This document shows, one piece after another, positions 23,301-31,975 of a stretch of DNA of 64,000 nt. This stretch comes from Phyllobates terribilis. Its lineage: Eukaryota. Under the pieces are notes generated by a model that ran no database searches, was not told where the DNA came from, and saw nothing but the letters and a program-made list of their open reading frames with translations. A program made the translations under genes and the position numbers. Location: contig NW_027362761.1 of assembly GCF_046119375.1 (NCBI RefSeq), positions 424,514,001-424,578,000 of the forward strand, read 5' to 3'. Within the stretch, counting starts at the first letter, position 1, and every line of letters starts with the position of its first letter.

Positions 23301-24494
23301 TACGTCTACGCGTTAACCATTGTGGATCATTACTCCCGGTTCTTGGTTGTCGTCCCCGTTAAGGACTTAACGGCTCAAACAGCAGCTGGAGCCTTCCAGC
23401 AGCACTTCTGCCGTCCACACGGATACCCGGACCAAGTGCTGACGGACCAGGGACCTGCCTTTGAAGCGGAGATCTTCCAAGAATTCTGCAATCTGTATGG
23501 CTGCCGGAAGATAAGGACGACACCCTATCATCCGCAAACTAATGGACTTTGTGAGAAAATGAACCAGGTGGTAATGGATCTCCTGAAAACGTTGCCCCTG
23601 GAAGAACGCAGTTTGTGGCCTGAGAAGCTGCCCGATCTGGTGGACCTATACAACCACATCCCGGTAGGTTCCACCAACTGTACCCCGGCTTACCTAATGA
23701 GGGCGATACCTGGTAAGTTACCTGTTGACCTGGAAATGGGAGTCCTGACACCCGAGGACACTTCACCGGAAACAGACTGGGACACAGAGAGGCAGCAGCA
23801 GTACCGGAAAGTACAAGAGAGCGTGGAGCGAAGTCTCTGTCTCGCTAGGGAAAGACAAGAGAAAAATTACAACCAGTATGCTCCCGCTGTTCCCCTGGTA
23901 CCCGGAGAGCAGGTCTTGAAGAGGAAGAGACGGCTCCACAAGTTGGACGACCAGTGGGAGAAGGACCCGTACACCGTACTGCCCTCAAGCCACGACAACC
24001 CAAAGGTTTGTACCATCAGTAAAGACGGAGGGGAAACCACAGCCATTGTATCCCGGGATCACCTGAAGAAGTGTCCCGAACAGCTACGGAACCCAGAAGG
24101 AGAGCAAGAAGACCCTCGACCCGTAGAGGAAAGGGAAGATATGGTTAGTACTGTGCTCGGAGACTTCCCTCGATCCTGGACTCAAGTCAATGGTGCAGTT
24201 GTGGTACCCGTCCTCACGTTCCTCCAACCAGCATCCCAAGTGCCTACGGAGCAACAGGTAGAGCTGGAAGAGCAGCCGGTCCAGGAGGCAGCAGACTCCA
24301 CACAAGCAGAACAGGAGGATCAACCCTCTGCTCATAGTGAGCCTGCCATACCCCTAGTGAGCCAAAGAGCCCGTAGACAGCTGCCCAGTTTATCCTTGAT
24401 AGCTCCTACACCCTGTAGTTCAGGGCCAGACAGTCAGCTCCGTAGGTCCACTAGGGCCACTAGAGGCCAGTTACCCGCACGTTGGAGGATTTGA
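20238..24494 (+). CDS. pol: Gypsy Pol (PR-RT-RNaseH-IN), -1 frame to gag; probably entered by frameshift near 20364
   Basis: LLDTGS protease, YLDD at 21858-21869, RNase H LYTDAS/VYTDNNPL, IN zinc-binding H...H...CGPC, DDE core, C-terminal GPY/F-like module; no chromodomain; no internal stop. Confidence 0.95.
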   Translation: MESTKEDPTGQRKTQRPIQRGRTTHLPPLQSTRTYGKVLSFKLAQPGVEGQPPGKRSPGPSNWRDKYVGGRPVLPVVLDGIPMSALLDTGSQVTTIPYVLFKQYWNDSDITRYPDDDLSIIASNGQPVPQIGFKEVTIKIGRVELAAQGLIIVDIDKHESHPKITLGTNVIENCLAEVIFLLQQVAKNASSGQQRVLQKEIRALMRRQQLELSGGEIGSVRMCDPFPIAMPPKSEMMIWCRAAIGLRGRDYQAMVEPVYSDSRPTILTARGVVNVRHGRVPVRIINIGKREVYLPRYATLAKLYTINQDSIQSVEPLPPSSPEEGNGSQKTMEDWCQQLHLGTDSTPSHQKQGVYRVVQEYERVFSKHPLDFGRVKGVEHHIPTGDHPPIKERYRPVPPAHYQHAKGMLRDMKEAGVIRDSCSPWAAPLVLVKKKDNTMRMCVDYRRINRITHKDAYPLPRIEESLAALRSANFFSTLDLTSGYWQVPVAEADREKTAFTTPMGLSEFTCMPFGLCNAPGTFQRLMECCLGHRNFETVLLYLDDVIVYSKTYEDHLKHLAEVFEALASYGLKVKPSKCHLLKPKVQYLGHVVSADGVAPDPDKITAIKEWPSPSSVKEVRQFLGLVGYYRRFIPGFTKKAAPMQDLLIGQSRKAKNQKPPFKWEKLEEESFRQLKMALTGDEILAYPDYSQPFILYTDASNIGLGAVLSQIQQGKERVIAYASRKLRPTERNPENYSSFKLEFLAVVWAVTERFKHYLASSRFTVYTDNNPLTHLDTARLGALEQRWMARLSNYEFTIKYRAGRSNTNADALSRMPNLPDEGEDPEGLEEVELPAFHRRGTIQYSHRVRSKQAATFNPLPHYNWEETQDSDPAVRLVKEMLTRPEARLDPDAPEEAKQLWAEKSRLFLYKGKLCRRMVNSRTHELIWQVVVPRRDAAMVMEAYHDGAGHFGWKKLEFLLRGRFHWVGMRGTIERWCRDCGPCNLRRKDRASQKTPLQSIVTRQPLELVALDHVKLTPSRSGYVYALTIVDHYSRFLVVVPVKDLTAQTAAGAFQQHFCRPHGYPDQVLTDQGPAFEAEIFQEFCNLYGCRKIRTTPYHPQTNGLCEKMNQVVMDLLKTLPLEERSLWPEKLPDLVDLYNHIPVGSTNCTPAYLMRAIPGKLPVDLEMGVLTPEDTSPETDWDTERQQQYRKVQESVERSLCLARERQEKNYNQYAPAVPLVPGEQVLKRKRRLHKLDDQWEKDPYTVLPSSHDNPKVCTISKDGGETTAIVSRDHLKKCPEQLRNPEGEQEDPRPVEEREDMVSTVLGDFPRSWTQVNGAVVVPVLTFLQPASQVPTEQQVELEEQPVQEAADSTQAEQEDQPSAHSEPAIPLVSQRARRQLPSLSLIAPTPCSSGPDSQLRRSTRATRGQLPARWRI
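20358..20416 (+). promoter_or_regulatory. -1 programmed ribosomal frameshift signal (T TTA AAC plus predicted pseudoknot)
   Basis: Slippery heptamer in the correct Gag phase, 8-nt spacer, stem CCTGGGG/CCCCAGG, loop GGGCC able to pair with downstream GGCCC. Confidence 0.75.
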
Positions 24495-24847
24495 AGTGTT
24501 TAAATTGTTTTATTTGTGGTCACCTGTCTGTTACTTGTAAATAATTATGTGTTTCTAGTTATTTTTAGGAGTCCTTGGTGGATTTACCGGGAATCCTTGT
24601 ACAATTGGTTGGAGCGTAACCCAGGAATGGACTAAAAGACTGTTAAGGACTCGGGGCAGGACAGACCCCTACCTGGTTACGTCTCCCTGTTTTGGTGAAA
24701 TGGACACCTTTGTTTTCTTCAAAGACTGCACCCGGTTGCGGACACGCCGTAACCATCTTTATGTGTTTTTCCTATTGTATTATTATTGTTTATACCTTGT
24801 TATGTTTTTCTAAAAATATGTTTAGTCCCGGAGTACTAAATTTCACT

Positions 24848-24855
24848 AGGGGGAA
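24848..24855 (+). other. Polypurine tract
   Basis: AGGGGGAA directly before the 3' LTR TG. Confidence 0.8.
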
Positions 24856-25850
24856 TGTGGCACCCCAGGGGTCTGGTTTCCACAGTAACAAGCAATGTTA
24901 TGTCTGAGAGCAGGTGGGAGGTCTCTTGGTCAGGGATCCTGTGCATGCCACACCTCCTGCCCAGTCCTGGGAGGGGAAGAACTTCCCCTATATAAACCTA
25001 GGGCTGAGGCAGGGTTAGTGAGTAGAGAAGAAGTAGAGACAGAGAAGCAGATATAGGAAAAGAACATCAGGAGCTCTGTGGGAGCAGTACTACAAGGAGT
25101 CAGGGGCTGGCAGCTGCAGAGCTCGCCCTGACTGGAAAGTTATCACCGGACCCGGAGTCCGAGGCTGTGGGGACTAACTCCTATCTAGCAGCAGAAACCG
25201 ACCGGCAGGGGATTGCAGGTCCTCTGGCCCAGAAACCCGAAGGCACGGTCACACGCGTGGGACCAGCACCGCCGTCGTGGAGCGGAAGCTACTAGAAGGC
25301 CCCGAGTCACCGGCCATACGGGTGAGCACCACACGGTACACTCAGGGACGTGGGCTACTTATACCCGGCTCTAGCAAGGTAGCCGGAAGAGTATCGTTAG
25401 TTTGGGAGGCCTACAACTCCGCCTGGCCAGGGGAGATCCCATCTGCTCAAGGACTGACCAGGCCCCAATCGCTAGCCAGTACTCCGGGAGGGTCTATCTT
25501 TGTCACCAGTAAAGACCCTGAACTACACCGTACCGTCTCCGAGTGGTTCCTGCTACCCCCATCATCCACGTCGGCTGCCCTGAGGCCATACCCCTCCCGT
25601 TGGGGGTTATACTATCACGCTGCACAATCCTACCACCGGCCTCAGCGGTCTGCCCTGCAGCGGCAGCTCCTTAGCTGTACTCAACGGGTGGCGTAGTCGT
25701 CCAACATCTACCGCTAATACAGCGCCACTTAGTCTGACTCCCTGGGCACAGACCGGATCACCGCCACGAGACTACAACCCTCAAGGGATCCGGCTCCGGG
25801 TAAGCTCCCGCGTGCGCAACGCAGCGCGACACAGGCCCAGGGGCGCGTCA
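24856..25850 (+). repeat. 3' LTR (995 bp)
   Basis: Direct repeat of 17957-18951, followed by the TATA TSD. Confidence 0.95.
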
Positions 25851-25966
25851 TATAAGTCCTAGAGAGGCTAGTAGTGGAATGGTTCAGAAACCTTTGTGGC
25901 CCATTGTCTAAGTGACCATTGTCTAAGTGACTGAGGAGTCTCTTCTAGGTGAGGAGAACCGAAAAA

Positions 25967-27269
25967 ATGGGGAACGAAAATGCCAAGGAAGGCATTATAG
26001 CCAAAGACTTAGTAGTACGCAGAGAAGGGAAACAAAATATTGTGTAAAGCGGGAATGAATGAGAATGGAGAGATGAATGGAGAGATGAATGGAGAGAAAT
26101 GGAAATACTTCTTTAACTCCTATCATGGATGGCTGAAAGATAAGGGTCTGTTAGGGACAGTAGATGTATGGATGAATGCATGCGCTTATTTTGAAGGAAA
26201 GATTGAAGAACTAGGAGACGGACGTTACAGACTGACAAAAACCGGAATGATAGATTTTCCTCCCTGTCCGCTCCCGACGTCACCCCCACCCCAGTATCAG
26301 AATTCCCAGGAACCTAAATGTTGGGTTTGCCCCAGATGTGGACAGCAGAACCCCTTGCCAGTAGACATCTGTGTGGCATGTGGAGGACCGAGACCCCACC
26401 CAGCTAGTCTATTCCCAATGAGGACGGTAGTTGTGCCAGGAGCATCAGCAGCAGCAGGAGGGGGGGATGCAGTGGTTCCAGGTCAGGAAGCTCGTACAAT
26501 GTTAATGTATAGACCATGGAGTCCTTCAGAGCAGTTGGCACTGATCTCCCAGCTGCCAGACCCATCCCAGTCCCCTATGGGTTTCGCTAGAATGATCACC
26601 ACCATACAGGATACGTACCATGCCACTAGAATAGATCTGCAGGGGGTAATTAAGGGAAAATTGGCAGATGAAGCCCGCTATGATAGGTTGATAGATGAGA
26701 CAAAAAAACAGTATGCCAATAGGACCGGACCCGTAGATGCAGAATCTAATGATGCAGCAGCTGGAGTCCTATTCGCAGCAGTGTTGGTAAAAGCATGTCA
26801 AGACAGGCAAGCAGAAAAGAAAGTTACACTAGAAGATAGAGTGCAAGGGAAGGAGGAAGATCCTAAGGATTATTTCTATGCACTAAAGAAAACCTGGTCA
26901 GAAATGGGGTTCAACCCCGGGAATAAGACTAGTGAGAGGGTATTAGCAAGTGCTTTCATGAATGGACTAAAGAAAGAGATTGCAGAGAAGGTAAAAGCAA
27001 GTAGACCGGACTGGAGATCAGTGAAGGCAGAAGATTTAGCTAGAATAGCTCAGGGGGCACAACATGACATAGCGCAGGCAAAAAGAGCTGCCAGAATACA
27101 TATAGTAGAGACGACCCCCAGAAACAACAGAGGCGGAGGACAGACTGAAGGAGGAGGACAGAAACTGTGTTACGGATGTAAAAAGCCAGGACATTTTAGA
27201 AAGAACTGTAGGACCAAATGCTCAGAGTACGGGTCCTCCAGCCGACCAAACAACGCCCCCATAGGATGA
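25967..27269 (+). pseudogene. gag: ERV gag (Met-Gly start, PPxY, RanBP2-type zinc finger, MHR, CCHC) with one frameshift near 26035
   Basis: ATG GGG AAC at 25967 (MGNENAKEG...) stops after 26 codons; removing one A from the CAAAAT run joins it to ORF 26040..27269. QGKEEDPKDYF (MHR); CYGCKKPGHFRKNC. Confidence 0.85.
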
Positions 27270-27270
27270 G

Positions 27271-30200
27271 GGTAGCTTGCACATGAACCCCCTCATCTCC
27301 TTACCCCCAACTCCCAGTTGTATAGTGCAGGTGAACCTACCAGGGGGACATGAAATCGATTTCCAAGTAGATACGGGGGCCGACAATTCAGTAATTACGC
27401 AAGGTGATTGGCCATACACTGACACTGATTTTTCACGTCATGTCATTGCCACCCCCTTCAATTCCCTGTCTGTCCTGCTCCCTGTCACTAAAAGAATTCA
27501 AGGAGCTACTGTACATAGCCAGCTCATGGTATCGCCCCGAGGCCAATGTAATCTATTGGGAAATGATGTGTTGTCCCAATTACAAGCACATATTGAGTAT
27601 CATCCCGATGGCACTGTGACCATGACCCCAGGTTTAAAACCAAGTACCCTTTGCAAAATTATGTCACTAGATATTGCCACCATAGAAGAGACAAATGAGT
27701 TTCCCCTGATATTAGAGCAGGCTGTGCCACATGATTTTTGGGCCTCAGACAAAACAGATGTTGGTAGGTTAAGAGTTCAACCAGTGATGGTGAAATTAAA
27801 ACCAGGAGCAATCTTACCTCAACAGAGGCAGTATCCCCTTAGCTCGGCTCAGGAGAATGCCATAGCCCAGCAAGTCCAAAAATTACTACAGAGAGGAGTC
27901 CTAGTCAAAACCCAGTCCCCTTGCAACACTCCCCTGTTCCCAGTAAAGAAAAAGAGCGTGCCAGGACAACCAGCCGCATATAGAATGGTCCATGACCTCC
28001 GGTTGGTTAACAAAGCCACAGAACTTCTAACACCAGTTGTGCCCAACCCTCATACTCTCCTGTCACAGATACCTTCTAACTCTCTTTGTTTTTCAGTGGT
28101 CGATTTGGCAAATGCATTTTTCAGTGTACCATTACATCCTGACTGCCAGTACTTGTTTGCTTTCACATTCCAGGGCAGTCAATATACATGGACAGTGTTG
28201 CCACAGGGTGCCCAGAATTCACCCACAATGTACACTGCAAGTCTGCAGGAAATACTGGAGGGATGGTCTGAACCACATATCGTTGTTTTGCAATATGTCG
28301 ATGACCTGCTCATTTGTGCCCCCTCCAGGAAACAATGTCATAGTGCAACTATATCACTTATGTTGTTTCTCTATCGCGCTGGCTGCAAGGCATCGAAAGA
28401 TAAGCTTCAGTTTTGTAAATCTTCAGTCACCTTTTTGGGACACTGCATTACACCAGGAGCTCGTCATTTGACAAATGCACGTAAACAAGCAGTACAGGCA
28501 TTCACCGTCCCCATTAATGTTGCAGCCCTCAGAACTTTTCTTGGACTTGTTTCCTATTGCAGACAGTGGATTCATGCCATCTCTGTTTTAATGCAGCCCC
28601 TCTATGACTGTCTTACTCCAACACCTTTTGTACTAACACCAGAGGCACAAGACTGTTTTTATTCTCTCAAAAAACGTATTTTGGCCGCTCCAGCTTTGGG
28701 TACCCCTAATTATGAGCTCCCATTTACTCTGTACCTTCATGAACAAGCTGGACATGCAGCAGGAATTTTAACTCAAACACACGGTGATAATAAGAGACCT
28801 GTTGCCTACTTTAGTGGCAGATTAGATGCGGTAGCCAGAGGTGCACCATCCTGCGTACGTGCTCTGCATGCTGTTGGACTATTACTCCATAAATCCGCAG
28901 ACATTGTTCTAGATCATCCGCTCACCGTGCTAACACCTCATGATGTCTATACTATATTGAATCAAGTGCAACCCGCTCACCTCTCAGCAGCACGTCATCT
29001 TAGGTTACAATGTGCACTGTTAATGCCTCCCAATGTTTCTTTACAGAGGTGTACTACCCTGAATCCAGCAACTTTGTTACCTCTCTCGGATCTAAAGGAG
29101 GGGTCAGGTACTGTGCTTTATAAGGAAGATCCAAGAGAGGAAGTTCCTCATGACTGTGTACAAATGATGGCACAAGAAACGGCAGGTTTACCTACTGTAT
29201 TTGAACATGAATTACAAAATGCAGATTTTGAATTTTTTGTAGATGGATCCCGTCATCAGGACGATTCAGGTACCTTCCATACTGGATATGCAGTTGTCTC
29301 CCTCAATGCAGTAATCAAGGCAGAACCAATGCTCCCACACCAATCGGCTCAAGAAGCTGAACTTAGGGCCCTAACCGAGGCCTGTAAACTAGCGGAAGGT
29401 AGTATTGTTAACATTTACACAGATTCTAGGTACGCATTCGGTATATCGCATGATTTTGGTCCCATATGGAAGTCAAGAGGTTTCCTGACGGCAGCAGGAC
29501 ACCCCATTAAGAATTCTGATGCGGTCCAGCAGTTAATTGATGCGCTACAACTACCCAAACAAGTAGCTGTCATAAAGGTAAGAGCACATACCAGACGCAC
29601 CGACCAGGTAAGCAGAGGTAACGCGATGGCAGATGCAGCGGCAAAAACAGCAGCCTGTAAGCCGCAACAAGGGTCAACAGTACGTCAGTTAAGTGCCCCT
29701 AAAAACCCCTTTGTGTCGGAGGACATCTTATCCCAAATGCAGGCTCAGGCTCAAAAGGAGGAGGTTGATAAGTGGTTACAGGAAGGTGCATGCCTGAATG
29801 AAGCAAATGGGGTATGGGGGAAAGGGACACGATGATGCCTTCCAAGGGCACTGTACCCAGCAGCTGCCCAGATACTACATGGGCCGACACACCAATCTAA
29901 AACGGGTGTGATGAGTGTGATGCAGAAACATTGGGTGGCACCAGGATTCTCCACCTGTATTGAAAACCTGGTACAAGGGTGCATGACATGTGCTACACAT
30001 AATCAGGGTAGAGTAGTTAAAACACCACCCAAACACACCCCCCGGCCCCTCTATCCATTCCAGAGACTGCAAATTGATTATATTCAGCTGCCAAAGTCAG
30101 GATCATGGGAATATGTGTTGGTCTGTATTGATTTGTTCTCAGGATGGCCAGAGGCTTTCCCGATTGCCAAAGCCATGGCTGCGGCAACCGCAAAGAAACT

Positions 30201-30742
30201 GCTTGCGGAGGTGGTCTGCAGGTATGGGGTACCAGAGGTAATTGAGAGTGACAGAGGTACACACTTCACAGGTGAAATAATGAATGAAGTCATGTCAGCT
30301 CTAGGAATTCAACAAGCATTCCACACCCCATATCACCCACAAAGTAGTGGTAAACTGGAAAGACTGAATGGGACATTGAAATTAAAAATTCAGAAAGCCA
30401 TGGCTGAGACAGGAAAACCATGGCCGGACTGTTTACCACTTGCTCTGTTTTCAGTAAGATACACGCCCAATAGAAAGACTGGACTCTCCCCATATGAGAT
30501 ATTGTTTGGCAACGTACCCAGCCTAGGGTGTTTCTATCCGCAAGCATTAGAAATGAACAACCATGTGCTAAGTTCCTACGTGAGGGCTTTACACAAAAAG
30601 ATTAAGCAAGTACATGATAATGTCTTCAGTTCTCTTCCAGATCCAGATCAAGACTCTAGCAGCCATACGCTGCAACCTGGAGACTGGGTGGTTATAAAAA
30701 GACACGTGAGGAAAAGCCTAGATCCACGGTTTGACGGACCCT
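27271..30742 (+). pseudogene. pol: ERV pro-pol (PR, RT, RNaseH, IN) with an in-frame TGA at 29833-29835, truncated in the IN C-terminus
   Basis: VDTGAD and NLLGND protease; LPQGAQNSP and YVDD (28294-28305); FFVDGS/IYTDSRY RNase H; HGPTH...CMTC; QIDY...SDRG...ERLNG. ORFs 27277..29835 and 29908..30972 share one frame. Confidence 0.9.
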
Positions 30743-31562
30743 CCAAAGATTTTCTATTGTGTCAGGTCTCTTCCTTCAATACGGTGCAGTCGTTCTTTCC
30801 CCTTTGCAGAAAAAAGTATGATGGTTGGGACAGTGTTCTTGGGGTTGTACTCATCCTTCTTCTTCCTCCAAACATGGCGAGTGGAGTTGATACCAAAAGT
30901 TCTATTTTGGTCTCATCTGACCACATGACATTCTTCCATGCCTACTGTGGATCGCCCAGATGTCATTGGTGAACTTTAAACGGGCCTGGACATGTGCTGG
31001 TGTAAACAGGGGGACCATGGGTGTCCTGCAGGATTTTAATCCATGGCGGCGGAGTGTGTTACTAACTGTAATGTTTTATACTTGGGTCCCAGCTCATTTC
31101 AGGTCATTGACCAGGTCCTCCCATGTAGCTCTGTGCTGATTCCTGACCTTTCTCAGAATCATCCTTACCCCATGAGGCGAGATCTTGCATAGAGCCCCAG
31201 ATCGAGGAAGATTGACAGTCATCTTGTGTTTCTTACATTTTCTAATAATTGTGAAAACAGTTGTTGCCTTCTCAACAAGCTGCTTGCCTATTGTCCTGTA
31301 GCCCACCCCAGCCTTGTGCAGGTCTACAATTTTGTCCCTGGTGTCCTTAGACAGCTGTTTGGTCTTGGCCATGGTGGAGGGGTTGAAGTGTGATTGATTG
31401 AGCGTGTGGACACTTGTCTTTTATACAGGTAACGAGTAGAAAAGAGGTGCAATTAATACAGGTAATGAGTGCAGAGTAGGAGGGCTTCTTAAAGAAAAAC
31501 TAAGGTCTGGGAGAGTCATAATTCTTGCTGGTTGGTAGGTGATCAAATACTTATTTCATGCA
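30743..31562 (-). pseudogene. Tc1-like transposase remnant (family 1), internally deleted and lacking its 3' end
   Basis: [22 protein letters not shown]...RSGA paired-like HTH (31372-31094), later WSDETK-like and IENLW-like pieces, and an inner DR GAAATAAGTATTTGATC. Confidence 0.85.
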
Positions 31563-31975
31563 ATTCTTGAATTTCCTTAGATCGCCGCATGATATCTAGC
31601 TTTTGAGGATCTTTTGGTCTACTTCACTTTGCCAGGCAGGTCCTATTTAAGTGATTTCTTGATTGACAACAGATGTGGCAGTTATCGGGCCTGTGTGTGG
31701 CTAATGAATGTGAACTCAGCTTACCAAAGATGTGATAAGCCACAGTTAATTTTTGTTTTAAGGGGTGGGATCACTTTTTCACACAGGGCACTGTAGGTTT
31801 GGATTTCTTTTTCCCTTAATAATAAAGACCTTCATTTAAAAACTGCATTTTATGTTTACTTGTGCTATCTTTGTCTAATATTTACATTTGTTTTGTGATC
31901 TGAAACAATTAAGTGTGACAAACATGCAAAAGAATAAGACATCAGGAAGGGGGCAAACACTTTTTCCCACCACCG
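31563..31975 (-). mobile_element. 5' terminal IR/DR, promoter and first codons of a second Tc1-like family
   Basis: TA|CGGTGGTGGGAAAAAGTGTTTGCCCCC terminus, inner repeat TGTGTGAAAAAGTGATCCC, then ATG CGG CGA TCT AAG GAA ATT CAA GAA at 31590. Confidence 0.7.

Larger units (their letters stand above)
17957..25850 (+). mobile_element. Full-length Ty3/Gypsy LTR retrotransposon, family A copy 2 (7894 bp), apparently intact
   Basis: Two 995-bp LTRs, TATA target-site duplication (17953-17956 and 25851-25854), PBS, open gag and pol, PPT. Confidence 0.97.
17142..30742 (+). mobile_element. Class I (gamma/epsilon-like) endogenous retrovirus, interrupted by a Gypsy insertion and 3'-truncated (no env or 3' LTR)
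   Basis: LTR-like segment ending CA at 17594, Lys-type PBS, Met-Gly Gag with MHR and CCHC, and PR-RT(YVDD)-RNaseH-IN in retroviral order. Confidence 0.88.

Noticed and set aside
30743-30972. C-terminal extension of the integrase ORF 29908..30972 as a novel domain or env start
   Set aside because: It is antisense Tc1 transposase sequence beyond a deletion junction. No env (signal peptide, furin site, CX6CC, TM) was seen anywhere in the window.
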